64,000 nucleotides of DNA. Source: an uncultured delta proteobacterium. GTDB taxonomy: Bacteria; Myxococcota_A; Polyangia; Polyangiales; Polyangiaceae. The notes below the pieces were generated by a model. It was not told where the DNA came from, searched no databases, and worked only from the letters and a program-made list of their open reading frames with translations. The DNA is taken from the NCBI GenBank assembly GCA_963850305.1, contig CAWKKR010000011.1, forward strand, positions 192,001-256,000. Reading direction: 5' to 3'. Within the stretch, counting starts at the first letter, position 1, and every line of letters starts with the position of its first letter. This document shows, one piece after another, positions 8,690 to 20,063 of the stretch. The position numbers were made by a program, and so were the translations under genes.

Positions 8690-11173
8690 ATGCGGATTTC
8701 GTACGGTTGGCTCCGCGAACTGCTCCCGAGCTTGGCCGCTTCGCCGTCCGAAGTCGCCGAGCGGCTGACCGCGGGCGGTCTCGAGGTGGAGAGCATCGTC
8801 GAGTACGGCGCGAGCAGCGATGACGTCATCGTCGCGAAAGTACTGAACGTCGAACCACATCCGGCGCGTGAACGTCTCCGGCTCGTCACGGTGGACGCAG
8901 GCGGCGCCGAGCAGCGAGTCGTGTGCGGCGCGCCGAACGTCCCTGCCCCCGGTGGCCTCGTCGTGCTCGCGAAGGTCGGCACCCATCTGCCCGCAGTGGA
9001 TTTCACGCTGACCCCGAAGACCATTGGCGGCGTCGACAGCGCGGGCATGCTCTGTAGCGAATCGGAGCTGGGTCTCTCCGAAGCCTCCGAAGGGATTTTG
9101 GTCCTCGAAGCGGGCGCGGCCGGCGCGGGGACGGCGCTGTCCAGCGCGGTGCGGAGCGCCAGAGACACGATCTTCGAGATCGGCGTCACGCCGAACCGCC
9201 CGGACGCGCTCGGCCACGTCGGCGTCGCGCGCGAGCTCGCGGCGCTGCTCGGACTCCCGTTCGAGCCGCCTCGCGCCGGCACGGCGGCCCGCGTCTCGGC
9301 GCGCGCGCTCGACTCCGTCGTCCGCGTCACGATAGAAGAGTCAGAGCGCTGCCCCATTTACGCCGCGGGGTTCGTGGAGGGCGTCACGGTCGCGCCGTCA
9401 CCCGCGTGGATGCGCTTCCGGTTGCAAGCACTCGGCGTGCGCCCCATCTCGAATGTCGTCGACGTGACGAACTGGTTGCTCCTCGAGTTCGGGCAACCCA
9501 TGCATGCATTCGACCACGCCCTCGTTGCGAACCGGACGATCGTCGTCCGGCGCGCGCGCCCGTCCGAGCCGTTCGAGACGCTCGATGGCGTGAAGCGAAC
9601 GCTCGACGCGGACGACCTGGTGATCTGCGACGGCGAGGGCCCGACCGCGCTTGCCGGCGTTATGGGCGGAAGAAATAGCGAGATCCGGGACACGACTCGC
9701 GACGTGCTGCTCGAGTGCGCGTACTTTCAGCCGCGGGGGATCCGGAGGACGTCGCGACGTCACGCTCTGTCGACCGAGTCGAGCTACCGGTTCGAACGCG
9801 GCGTCGATTGGGACGCGATCCCGCTCGTGCTGGCGCGCGCGAAGGTTCTCCTGACGGAGCTTGCCGGCGGAGCCGCCGTCGCGAACGACCTCTGCATCCG
9901 CGGGGAGCCGCTCGCGCGCCCGACCGTCCGCCTGCGTTCACGGCGTCTCGATGCGCTCCTTGGAATGCAGGTACCTTTCGGGGAAGCGACGCGCGCGCTC
10001 GAGCGGCTCGGGCTCCGGGTGAAGTCCGTGACTGGAGAGGGCTCCGACGCATTGGCGGAAGTCGAAGGCGCGTCGCATCGCCCCGATCTCGTGCGCGAGA
10101 CGGACCTGATCGAGGAGGTCGTGCGCCTCCGCGGCTTCGATACCGTACCGACGGTGCTACCCGCCATCGCACCCGGCACGCCGCGTCCAACCTCCAGGCT
10201 CGAGCGCGCCGTGCTGCGCGAAGCGATGAACCTGGGGCTCAGCGAGGCGGTGACCTACAGCTTCGTGTCGGAGCGCGAGCTTGCCGCGGTGTTTGCACCG
10301 GCGCCGGCCGTGACACTCGAAAATCCGCTCAGCGAAGAGCGCTCCGTGCTCCGCACCAGCCTGCTCCCGGGGCTCCTCGACGTGCTCGGGCGCGCGCGGC
10401 GTCGCGGCGAACGCGCGGCGCGTCTCTTCACCGTGGGGGCGCGCTTTCTGCCGCCGAGTGCGGGCTCCGACGGCCCTGCGCGGCCTCGGATCGACGCTGA
10501 TCTCGGCGCATTACCGGAAGAACGCCCCTCGTTCGCCGCCGTACTCGCGGGACCGCGCCCGGCGCATCTCCACAAACCCGACGACATGGACGTCCTCGAC
10601 GCGAAGGGGCTCGCCGTCGAGCTCGTGGAGCGACTCACCGGGAGGACTCCCGACGTCTGCGCGGCGCGCCCCGAGGAGCGGCCCGCACATCTGCATCCGC
10701 GCGGGGCCGCGTGGCTGTCGCTGGACGGGACGCGACTCGGTAGCCTCGGTCCCTTGCATCCCGACGTGGTCGACGCGCTCGGCGTGGGCGGCCCGGCACA
10801 GATCGTCGAGCTCGATCTGCGCGCCATCGAGCTTCTCGGCACGGTGCCGCCGCGATACAGGCCGATCCCGCGGTTGCCCGCGACGTCGCGCGACGTCGCC
10901 CTGGTCGCGGACGAGTCGGTGCCCGCCGCGGACATCGAGCGCGAGATCCGGCAAGCTGCAGGACCGCTCTGCGAATCAGTGGAGCTCTTCGATCTGTTCA
11001 CCGGCGGCTCCATCCCGACCGGATTCCGCTCGCTCGCGTATCGCATCGTGTATCGGGATCCGCGCGCGACGAGCGAACCGGATGCGGCGCGAACCCTCAC
11101 CGACGATGAGGTCGACAAGGAACACGAACGTGTTCGCGTAGCCATGAAGAGGCTCGGGGAGCTCCGGAGCTGA
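8690..11173 (+). CDS. pheT: Phenylalanyl-tRNA synthetase beta subunit
   Basis: MRISYGWLRE, VVCGAPNV, GMLCSESELGL, TPNRPDALG, SYRFERGVD, LRTSLLPGLL, C-terminal FDX-ACB domain. Confidence 0.98.
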   Translation: MRISYGWLRELLPSLAASPSEVAERLTAGGLEVESIVEYGASSDDVIVAKVLNVEPHPARERLRLVTVDAGGAEQRVVCGAPNVPAPGGLVVLAKVGTHLPAVDFTLTPKTIGGVDSAGMLCSESELGLSEASEGILVLEAGAAGAGTALSSAVRSARDTIFEIGVTPNRPDALGHVGVARELAALLGLPFEPPRAGTAARVSARALDSVVRVTIEESERCPIYAAGFVEGVTVAPSPAWMRFRLQALGVRPISNVVDVTNWLLLEFGQPMHAFDHALVANRTIVVRRARPSEPFETLDGVKRTLDADDLVICDGEGPTALAGVMGGRNSEIRDTTRDVLLECAYFQPRGIRRTSRRHALSTESSYRFERGVDWDAIPLVLARAKVLLTELAGGAAVANDLCIRGEPLARPTVRLRSRRLDALLGMQVPFGEATRALERLGLRVKSVTGEGSDALAEVEGASHRPDLVRETDLIEEVVRLRGFDTVPTVLPAIAPGTPRPTSRLERAVLREAMNLGLSEAVTYSFVSERELAAVFAPAPAVTLENPLSEERSVLRTSLLPGLLDVLGRARRRGERAARLFTVGARFLPPSAGSDGPARPRIDADLGALPEERPSFAAVLAGPRPAHLHKPDDMDVLDAKGLAVELVERLTGRTPDVCAARPEERPAHLHPRGAAWLSLDGTRLGSLGPLHPDVVDALGVGGPAQIVELDLRAIELLGTVPPRYRPIPRLPATSRDVALVADESVPAADIEREIRQAAGPLCESVELFDLFTGGSIPTGFRSLAYRIVYRDPRATSEPDAARTLTDDEVDKEHERVRVAMKRLGELRS

Positions 11174-11199
11174 ACGCCCGCGCCACCACACGACGTCTC

Positions 11200-12093
11200 A
11201 TGTTCCTCGCGTGCGCGTGCGTGACGCACGCGGGCTTCGCCTTGGCCGCACCGCCTTCCGGCGGCCCCACGACGGTCGCGCCGCAGACTGCCCCCCCACC
11301 CTCCCGATCATCGCAACCAGCACCGCCGACAGCCACGCCCCCCGCCAGCTCATCGGAACCGGCGCCGGCCCCCGGCCCATCGAAACCCGCGGCGCCCGAC
11401 TCGAAGGGAGCGAGTTTGCCGGATCCGAGGAGCTGGCACCAGAGTCCCGAGCCGGTGCTCGTTCCGTATGAACCACTGGGCAGAGAGCGGCGGACGGAGC
11501 TCGGGATGGACGTCGGGGTCGAACATCGGCCTTCGACGGGGAACGGAGTGCACTACGGCACGGGGTGGACGATCGGCGGACACCTGCGCGTCGATATTTT
11601 CCGATGGCTCGGCGTGCGCTTCATCGCGCGAGTCGAGGAGGCCAACGACGTCTCGTTCGACGACGGCTCGCTCGGCTTGCCTCGCGGCACGGATCTCGAC
11701 CAACCTTCGCTGCAGCGCGTGCTGCTGGGGCTCTCGATCGAACCGACCTGGAATGTCACGCGGAAGCTCGATCTGTGGGCAGGAGTGGGCGCCAACTGGG
11801 GCCGCACCATCGCCGACAGGGCTGCGGCGAGCGGCGCGCAGAGCCTCTTGCTGCCACCGCGCGCGGCCGTGTTCGTCGAAGTGCCGTTCTCGCTCGGCGC
11901 GCGCTACGAACTCCTGGACGACTGGCTCGTCGTGAACGCGTGCGGCACGCTCGGATTGTTGGCGGACCAGTCGGGCTCGATGATTTCCCCTTACCCAACC
12001 CCGGGCGCGTCAGGGCAACTCGTGACCGTCGGCGCGTTCCCGGAGCTCGGAACGTCGTGGACCTTCCTTGTGGGGGTCGGCGCGCTGCTCTAG
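11200..12093 (+). CDS. Hypothetical secreted protein, probable outer-membrane beta-barrel
   Basis: Signal peptide, Pro-rich linker, then alternating amphipathic beta-strands. Confidence 0.6.
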   Translation: MFLACACVTHAGFALAAPPSGGPTTVAPQTAPPPSRSSQPAPPTATPPASSSEPAPAPGPSKPAAPDSKGASLPDPRSWHQSPEPVLVPYEPLGRERRTELGMDVGVEHRPSTGNGVHYGTGWTIGGHLRVDIFRWLGVRFIARVEEANDVSFDDGSLGLPRGTDLDQPSLQRVLLGLSIEPTWNVTRKLDLWAGVGANWGRTIADRAAASGAQSLLLPPRAAVFVEVPFSLGARYELLDDWLVVNACGTLGLLADQSGSMISPYPTPGASGQLVTVGAFPELGTSWTFLVGVGALL

Positions 12094-12104
12094 CAATAAC
12101 TCCA

Positions 12105-14153
12105 ATGACGACGATGCCGGCATCCAATCCTCTGCTCTCACTCGAATTCGACATTCCCTTCGACCGGATCGAAGCCGCGCACGTCGAGCCCGCGATGGCC
12201 GGGCTCGTGGCGGACGCGACGAAGAAGCTCGAGGCGATCGAAGAGCTGCCGCATCGACGGACGTACGAAAACACCATACACGCGCTCGAGTGCGCAACGG
12301 AACGACTAGAAGTGGCCATGACAGTGGTCGGTCATCTGGAAGCCGTATCGAGTACCCCGGAGCTCCGCGCCGCGTACAACGCGGTACGCCCCGCCGTCAG
12401 CGCGTTCTTCGCCGGCATTCCCCTTCGCGCCGGCCTGTGGTCGGCCCTGAAGGAATTCGAGAAAACGACCGAAGGATCGCTCCTCGATGGACCCCGCCGG
12501 CGGTTCTTCAGGAAGACCGTCGATGACTTCCGTCGCCACGGCGCGGAGCTCGGTCCGGCGGGCAAAGCGCGCCTCGAGGCGATCAGCCGCGAGCTCGCGG
12601 AAGTCACGGGGCGCTTCGGACAAAATGTGCTCGACGCGACGAGCGAGTGGGAGCTCCTGATCGCGGACGAGAAAGCGCTGTCGGGACTGCCCGCGTCGGC
12701 GCTCGCGGCAGCGCGCGACAGCGCGGAACGGAAGGGCAAGACCGGGTTCCGCTTCACGCTCCAGGCACCGAGCTATATAGCGCTGGTCACGTACGCGGAC
12801 GACGGAGCGCTGCGCGAGCGTGCGTACCGCGCCTACAACGCGCGCGCGACGAAGACCCCGCTCGACAACGGACCACTCCTGCAAGACATCCTCCGGCTCC
12901 GGCACGAGCAAGCTACGCTCCTCGGCTACGCGCACTTCGCGGACCTCGTCCTCGAGGATCGAATGGCGAAGACCGGCGAGAAGGCGCGGGCCTTCATCGC
13001 CGATCTGACGGCCCGGACGCGCGCGGCGTTCGTCCGGGAGTCTTCGCAGCTCGAGACGTTCCGGCGAGAGCTCGAGGGCGACGGCGCGAAACGGCTCGAA
13101 CCGTGGGACGTCGCGTATTACTCGGAGAAGCAGCGAAAGGCCCTTTACGACATCGATGAAGAGGAGCTCCGTCCGTATTTCCCCATCGACCGCGTCATGA
13201 GCGGGCTCTTCGAGACGGCGCACCGGCTCTATGGCGTGAACATCACGACGAACCGCGGGCGCCCGACGTGGCACCCGGACGTCGCCTGTTACGACGTCAT
13301 GGACGAAGACGGGACGTTCCTCGCGGCGTTCTATACGGATTTGCATCCGCGCGAGGAGAAGCGCGGCGGCGCGTGGATGAACGGGCTCGTGACGGGTATT
13401 GCGGAAGGACTTCGCCGCAGCCCGCACCTCGGGCTCATCTGCGCGAACGTGACGCCGCCCGCGGCCGAAGGACCGGCGCTCCTCACGCATCAAGAGGTGA
13501 CGACCCTCTTCCACGAGTTCGGGCACTTGATGCACCACTGTCTGAGCCGCGTCGACGTACGGAGCCTCGCGGGAACGAACGTCGCGTGGGACTTCGTGGA
13601 GTTGCCGTCGCAGATAATGGAGAACTGGGCGTGGGAGCGCGTCGCCCTCGATACGTTCGCGCGGCACCATGAGACCGGGAGCCAGATCCCGGCGGGGCTC
13701 TTCGACAAGATGCTCCGCGCGCGCAAATACCGCGAAGCGACGGCGATGATGCGCCAGCTCGGTTTCGCCGCCGTCGATCTTGCGCTCCATATCGACTACC
13801 AGCCCGAGAAAGATGGCGACGTCGTCTCGTATTCACGTCGCATCATGCAAGACTATGCGCCCGCCGCGTTCGCGGACGATTACGCCATGATCGCGTCGTT
13901 CACGCACCTGTTCTCGAGCGCCGTCGGCTACGCCGCGGGGTACTACTCGTACAAGTGGGCGGAGGTCCTGGAGGCGGACGCCTTCACACGGTTCCGCGAC
14001 GCGGGGGTCTTCAGCCGCAAGGTGGGCGACGAGTTCAGACACCGGATCCTCGAGCGCGGCGACAGCGACGCGCCGGAGGCCCTCTACCGCGCCTTCATGG
14101 GCCGCGAACCGTCGCTGGACGCGCTGCTGGAGCGGACCGGACTCGCCCGGTGA
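12105..14153 (+). CDS. prlC: Oligopeptidase A (peptidase M3A)
   Basis: LFHEFGH zinc motif, WDFVELPSQIMENW, GYAAGYYSYKWAEVL, N-terminal NPLL. Confidence 0.95.
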   Translation: MTTMPASNPLLSLEFDIPFDRIEAAHVEPAMAGLVADATKKLEAIEELPHRRTYENTIHALECATERLEVAMTVVGHLEAVSSTPELRAAYNAVRPAVSAFFAGIPLRAGLWSALKEFEKTTEGSLLDGPRRRFFRKTVDDFRRHGAELGPAGKARLEAISRELAEVTGRFGQNVLDATSEWELLIADEKALSGLPASALAAARDSAERKGKTGFRFTLQAPSYIALVTYADDGALRERAYRAYNARATKTPLDNGPLLQDILRLRHEQATLLGYAHFADLVLEDRMAKTGEKARAFIADLTARTRAAFVRESSQLETFRRELEGDGAKRLEPWDVAYYSEKQRKALYDIDEEELRPYFPIDRVMSGLFETAHRLYGVNITTNRGRPTWHPDVACYDVMDEDGTFLAAFYTDLHPREEKRGGAWMNGLVTGIAEGLRRSPHLGLICANVTPPAAEGPALLTHQEVTTLFHEFGHLMHHCLSRVDVRSLAGTNVAWDFVELPSQIMENWAWERVALDTFARHHETGSQIPAGLFDKMLRARKYREATAMMRQLGFAAVDLALHIDYQPEKDGDVVSYSRRIMQDYAPAAFADDYAMIASFTHLFSSAVGYAAGYYSYKWAEVLEADAFTRFRDAGVFSRKVGDEFRHRILERGDSDAPEALYRAFMGREPSLDALLERTGLAR

Positions 14154-14163
14154 AAGCGTCGCA

Positions 14164-14310
14164 GTAGTTCCGCATCGACGAGCAGCGTCGTTCCCGACGG
14201 ATGAAACGAGCGCGGAACTACGCGAGCGGAGCGAGCCCGCCGAAGGCGGCGGGGGAGCGGTCGCGAAGCGAGCCGCGGGGGGCAAGGCCTGCAAGGCCCC
14301 CCTTTCCTAA
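14164..14310 (+). repeat. REP/MITE-like hairpin element, copy 1 (subfamily A)
   Basis: 14212-14281 is identical to 37868-37937. Contains inverted repeat GTAGTTCCGC/GCGGAACTAC and GAA-loop hairpins. Lies between convergent genes. Confidence 0.9.
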
Positions 14311-14870
14311 TACCCCGGCTCGTTGCCGTCCTTCCATTTGATGCTGCACCCGATCGAGGGGTGCTGATCGATCGACGGTGCAGCGCCGCGTAGCACAGCG
14401 TCGAGCGCGGCGCGGAGCTCACGACCGGTGACGGGCTCGCCGTTCTTCGGCGTGCTGGCGTCGAAACGGCCGCGGTACGCGAGCTTGCCGTCACGGGCAA
14501 AGACGTAGAACTCCGGAGTGCACGCGGCGTGGAGCGCCTTCGCGACGGCCTGGGTCTCGTCGTAGAGGTAGGGGAACGCGTAGCCGGCCTTTCGCGCCTC
14601 GGCGGCCATGGCCGTGGGGCCGTCCTGAGGATACGCGGCCACGTCGTTCGAGCTGATCGCGACGATGCGAACAGCAGGATATTCACGAGCGAACGCTACG
14701 AAGGCACTCTGGATGTGCTTCACGTAGGGACAGTGATTGCAGAACAGCGCGATGACCAACACGGCATCCGCGAGACTTTCGGAATCGACGAGCTTGCCGG
14801 TAGTTGCGTCCGGGAGGGCGAACGCCGGCAGAGGCGTCCCGAGGTCGAGCATCGTGGAAGAAGCGGCCAT
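14307..14870 (-). CDS. Thioredoxin-fold (AhpC/TSA, redoxin) protein
   Basis: LFCNHCPYV, AISSNDV..YP.D, YLYDETQAVAK...AACTP, YRGRFD, PSIGCSIKW. Start MAASSTML at 14870. Confidence 0.93.
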   Translation of the reverse strand: MAASSTMLDLGTPLPAFALPDATTGKLVDSESLADAVLVIALFCNHCPYVKHIQSAFVAFAREYPAVRIVAISSNDVAAYPQDGPTAMAAEARKAGYAFPYLYDETQAVAKALHAACTPEFYVFARDGKLAYRGRFDASTPKNGEPVTGRELRAALDAVLRGAAPSIDQHPSIGCSIKWKDGNEPGY

Positions 14871-15069
14871 GTCGGGATCTGTGTGCCACGGCCGTTTCGG
14901 GGGGTCGACCCCGCGGCGACGGAGCGAGCCCCAATCTGTGCCAACGCCCTCCTGAAACGATGGAGTAGCGACAGGAGTGTCGCGATCGCTACCCCGCTGG
15001 GCGGCGCCTGTTTCGGCGGGGTTGCTGAACCCCGCACCTTGGAACACTTCGTGCACAGACTCGCGGACC

Positions 15070-16867
15070 ATGCGGGACCCGGGACTTAAATGGCACATGG
15101 GGGGGTCGGGACTGATCGCGGTTTTGATCGCCGCGGCATGTTCGGCGGGGCTGGGCTCGTCGAAGTCGGACGCCCTCGGCAATGACACGCCGACCACGGG
15201 CGGGGGCTCGGGGGCCTTTGCGAACGAGGGCGCCGGCGGATCGTCCGCCGGCGGCGGACTTTTCCTCACGGCAGACGCAGGACTGCCCCCGGAACATGAA
15301 GCCAGCGTCAGCTTCCAGCTTCCCGCAGCGGGCCAGCACTACGTTTACGTCGCGAACCCGAGCGACAATACCGTCTCGGTCATCGACGCGAAGAGCCTCG
15401 CGATCCAGACGGTGAAGGCCGGCTCGCAGCCGACGTACCTGCAATCGCTCGGTGGCATGGACGCGGCGATCGTCCTGAACGTGGGTTCGTCGGACGCGAC
15501 GATCGTTCGCACCGCGAACGGCGCTTCGACGACCTCCACCGTTCCCGTCCAGGCGGGCTCGAACGCGATCGCGGTCGCCCCCGACGGCGCGCACGCCATC
15601 GTCTATTACGACCCGACGGTCGCGACCGCGAACGGTGCCTCCGGAAGCGTCCAGGACGTGAGCGTCGTCTCGCTCGCTCCCGGAAACGACCAGGCCGTGG
15701 ACATGACCGTGGGCTTCCAGCCGTCGGCAGTGTTTTTCTCGAGCGACGGTCTGAACGGTTACGTCGTGACGCAGGACGGCGTCTCGATCCTGAATTTCGC
15801 GAGCGTGACGAAGAACGGCTCGGGCATCGCGAACACGGTGTCGCTCGGAGACTCGGCGAGCGCCACCCTCGACGTGTCCATCACCAACGACGGCCAGTAC
15901 GCCGTCGCCCGCGACGACACGACGAGCGAGCTCCGGCTCGTGACGCTCGCGACGGGCCAGATTCAGCGCCTGGATCTGGCCACCGTCGTGGGCAACGCCA
16001 AGGGGCCGCCCGCAGACGCCGGCGCGGCGTCCGATGGGGGCTCGTCTCCTGACGCGGGAGGAACTTCCGACGCGGGCCCGGTCGCACCGGTGACCCCACC
16101 TCCGCCCACGGGCCCAATCACGGTGACCGACGTCGATCTGGCTCCGCCGAGCCCGTACGCGATGAGCGCGTACGCGATAGCCGCCGTCCGGGAGCTCTCG
16201 GCGGCCGTGCGCATCCCGATCCCCGACGGGTTTTCGAATCCCTCGCTGGTGACGGTCACGCGCGTGCCGGGCGAGGTGATCGGCTCCGTCACCCTTTCGC
16301 CCGGGGGCCAGTACGCGCTCCTCTACACCACCGCGAGCGACACCATCGATCGTCTGACGATCCTCGACCTCGGACCGGGCGGACAACCGCGAAGCTATCA
16401 GCTCCGGAAGGCGATCGATGCCGTCGCCATCTCGCCGGACGACGCGACTGCATTCATCGTCCACAAGAAGCTCGCCGGCGATCCGAACGAACCCGGCATC
16501 GACCCGGTCATCGCGCTCGAACGCCAGTACGGCTACAGCGTGGTGCAGCTCTCGACGGGGTTCGCGAAGCTGGAGGTCACTGCCACCGCGCTCGGACCTT
16601 CCACGATTGTTCCGGACAGCAGCGAGCTCTTCATCCTCTTCAATGCGCCCGGGATTAGCGAGGTGCAGGAGTTCGGGCTCGGCAGCTTCGTCATGAATCC
16701 GATTCGAGCTCGGAAGTCCACCGACCTCGGTCGGAGCCGTGCCGTCGTCGAACCGGGTCTTCGTCGGACAGGACCACCCCGATGGCCGTATCTCGTTCAT
16801 CGACTGGACGACGGCGACCGTGCAGTCCGTGACGGGCTTCGAGCTCAACAGCCGGATCGTGGAGTGA
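15070..16867 (+). CDS. YncE-like beta-propeller lipoprotein A (frameshift near 16705)
   Basis: Lipobox IAAAC, YVYVANPSDNTVSVID repeat. Removing one T at ~16704 continues as NPIELGSPPTSVG...SVTGFELNSRIVE* (TGA 16865-67). Confidence 0.75.
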
Positions 16868-16872
16868 CGCCG

Positions 16873-18508
16873 ATGAAAAAGACGCTCTCCCCACTGCTCG
16901 GTGCATCCGGGAGCCTTTTTCCGGCCGGAGTTCTGGCGGCGTCGCTCCTCGTGTCCGCTTGCGGGAGCCGCGGAAAGGAAGTGACCGTCTCGGTAAACCC
17001 GCTCCCACCGGCGGCGATCGACGACCATGTCGTCTTTCCGGACACGGCGCGAGCGGAAGCGTTCGTCCTCGACGTGTCGGGGACGTCGCCGCCGGCGGCA
17101 CCGGCGATCGTACCGCTCGTGCCCAACCCGACGCACGTCGAGCAACGGCACTCGTACACGAACGAGCTCCTCGTGCTGTCGGCGGGGCAACCCGACGACG
17201 GCACCGCGCCGTACGCGCAGGCTGGCCTGGTCGCGATCGACTCCGACGGCAAGACACGCTCGTACCGGTACGATCCCTCGTTCGACACGATGGCCGTCTC
17301 CGACGATGGTCACTACGCGGTGCTCTACTTCAACCCGAACGCGACCCAGCAATCGGGCAACGTGTTCTCCGACGCCAACAACATCGCGATCGTCGATCTG
17401 ACGACGTCGAACGCGCCCACGCTGAAGACGCTACGAAGCTTCGGCAGCTCGCCGCGGAGCGTGGCCTTCACCAAGATGACGATCGACGGCGAGCTGCGCG
17501 AGCTCGCCGTCATCCTGTGCGACTCGTACATCTCCCTCATCGATCTGAACCACCTCGATCGGCCCGAGTACACGATCGGGCTGGCGCGACCGGGTGTCGA
17601 TCAGATCACCCTGTCGAAGGTCATCTTCTCGACCGCTTCGAAGAAGATTTACCTCCTCGCGAACGGCTCGAACGATGTCTACGTCGTCACCATGGCGGAC
17701 GGTGGAACCGGAACGACCGGCGACGGCGGCGTGACGGGCGACGGTGGCGCGACGCTCAACGACTTCACGCCGTCGCTGAACCAGCTCGCGGCCGGCGTCG
17801 GCCCGACCGACCTGGCCCTTTACACGACGACGACCGGCGTGGAGCAGCTCCTCGTCGTGGCTCCCGGCTCCCAGCAAGCCGTGATCATCGAACCCAACGG
17901 CAGCAACGTCACGAATGTCCCTCTTCCTGGGCCCGCGCAAGACATCTTGATGTTCAATCAACCGAGCCCGGGCGATCCGAACGTCGAACCCCGCGCGCTG
18001 CTCTATACGCCAGGGGTTTCGTCCGTCGCATTCCTGGATTTGAAGGGCGTGGAGCAGAGCGGCTCGCAGAACGTCGAGCTGGTACCGGTCCCGGAGCCGT
18101 ACACGAGCGCGGTCGAACTCGACCCCAACACGGTGATGTTGATCCAGCAGACCTCGGGGCTGAGCTTGCTCGAATCTCACCGATCGCACCGTAGCGCCGA
18201 TTCAAGGGCCGAACCTCGCGGGGGCCATCTCCGACACCGCGAACCAGAAGCTCTGGGTCTTCACGAACGACACGGTGGGCTTCCTCGATCTGAAGAACGG
18301 CGTGCACCCGAACCAGGTGCGTGTCGACGGAACCGTTCAGGCGCTCGTCCCGATTCCATCCGCTTCGACGCCGAAGGTCGTCGTCACTTACCCGAGCTCC
18401 ATGGGCTGGGCGACCGCACTCGACGCGACCGATCCTACCAATCTGAAGAAGGCTTATTCGATGCGCGGCTTCCTGTTGAGCAACGCCCTGAACGGAGGCG
18501 CCAAGTGA
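16873..18508 (+). CDS. Beta-propeller lipoprotein B (frameshift near 18173)
   Basis: MKKTLS...LLVSAC lipobox and beta-rich repeats. Removing one A at ~18173 joins it to ORF 18275-18508. Confidence 0.72.
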
Positions 18509-19552
18509 ACGCCTCGAAGACGTCACGAGTCGCGCTGTCACTATTCTTCGCCGCCCTTCCCGCCGTAGCCCAGCCCACACCTCCGGCGCAGTCGTCCCCG
18601 CACGCGGCAAAGCCCGCCCACGCTCCAGGCGCCGCTCCCGCTGCTCCCGCTCCCGCTGCTCCTGCTCCCGCTCCCGCTGCTCCCGCTCCCGCTGCTCCCG
18701 CTCCCGCTCCCGCTGCTCCCGCTCCCGCTGCTCCCGCTGCTCCCGCTCCCGCTCCTGCTCCCGCTCCCGCTGCTCCCGCTGCTCCCGCTGCTCCCGCTCC
18801 CGCTGCTCCCGCTCCCGCTGCTCCCGCTCCCGCTGCTCCCGCTCCTGCGCCTTCCCCGCACGTCACCTCGCTCCCCACCGTGCCGGTCGAAGCCGCGCCG
18901 CCCCCGGACGCCGACGCTCAGCAGTCCGATATCCCGGAGAGCCGCTTCAACCTCGGCTTCAATCTCGACACGACCTTCTACAAGGACAAAAGCTTCAATC
19001 TGTTCTCGTCGAGCGACGCCGGCCAGACCGGCGGCATTTTCGTCGGGTACGCCGTCGTTTCGGGCGTCGTTTCCGTGGTGCCCGAGATCGGGTTCACGAG
19101 CGGCTCTGATTCCTCGTCGGGTCTTTTCGGCGGAGCGCTCACGAGCACCGAACTCGACACGATGACGTACTACGGAGGGGTCGGACTCAGGTGGGCCGCG
19201 CTCCCGTATCTCGAGCCCGAAGCGCGCATCGCCGCGGGCGCGGCGTCCCTCAAGATGAGCTTCAAGCCGAGCTCGGGACCGTCGGAGCTCGACGAGAATC
19301 GGGTGACGCCGTTCGGCACGCTCGGCGCGGGGCTCACGCTCCACACACCGCCCGGCTGGAATCCGACAGCGTGAACTGCGGAGCGTCCAGATCGGACTCA
19401 CGATAGAAGGCGGTTACGTCGTCGCGAGCAGCGTGACCCTCGATCCGAAGCCTGCGCACGACACCAGTCGCATCCCAACCGAGGACGCGACACTCGGCAC
19501 GCTCGAACGCTCGGCTCCGTATTTGCGCACCGCCCTCGTATTTCGCTTCTAG
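18505..19552 (+). CDS. Pro/Ala-rich outer-membrane beta-barrel protein (frameshift ~19360-19395)
   Basis: GTG start overlaps the previous stop. Signal peptide, long PA tract, beta-strands; the shifted frame ends GLTIEGGY...YLRTALVFRF* (terminal Phe typical of OMPs). Confidence 0.68.
18630..18850 (+). repeat. Low-complexity coding tandem repeat (GCTCCC/GCTGCTCCC units; Pro-Ala linker)
   Basis: Directly visible in the sequence. Confidence 0.95.
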
Positions 19553-19631
19553 GCCCGATGGGGCAGGCGCCGCCTGTCGTGCGGCGAGGCCAGCTTGTCG
19601 TTCGCAATGCGATCGGTATGCTGGCACGTGA

Positions 19632-20000
19632 ATGCCGCACCTCGGGATCCGCGCACTCCGGAAGGTCGAACGAAGCTTCCGCCGAGCCGACCTGGCCATG
19701 GCGCTCGGCGCTTCATTGTGCGCAGGCCTGAGCTGCTCGAGGCGCGCGCCCGGCCCGGACGAGTGTCACGACGCGGCCGTGCGGATGCTCCTCTCGGAAC
19801 AAGCGCGTGCGTGGGGCGGCTTGCCGGTCTCGGAGGCCAATCTGCCGGAAGACGAAGTCCTGGCTCGCACCACGGAATGCATCACGACGCCGTACGATCG
19901 AAAACTGGTCCGTTGCCTGACGGCAGGCGTGCGAGAAGGCTCGTGTGTGCGCGCCTTCGAGGAAAGGCGAGGCGCGCCACTGCCAGGCTGGCAGCCGTGA
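19632..20000 (+). CDS. Small Cys-containing putative lipoprotein
   Basis: Hydrophobic stretch ending AGLSC, spaced Cys in a helical mature part, fits between co-oriented genes. Confidence 0.5.
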   Translation: MPHLGIRALRKVERSFRRADLAMALGASLCAGLSCSRRAPGPDECHDAAVRMLLSEQARAWGGLPVSEANLPEDEVLARTTECITTPYDRKLVRCLTAGVREGSCVRAFEERRGAPLPGWQP

Positions 20001-20063
20001 CCGGTCGACGGAGCTGCCGTCCGGGGCGACAGGTGGCGCGATTCGTGCGAGAGATCTGAACCG

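Noticed and set aside
18630..18850. Possible CRISPR array or non-coding VNTR
   Set aside because: No unique spacers and no cas genes. It encodes an in-frame Pro/Ala linker.
14977..19374. 1465-aa giant protein in the ORF track
   Set aside because: Chimera of three genes. Internal signal peptides and out-of-frame junk segments mark read-through after indels.
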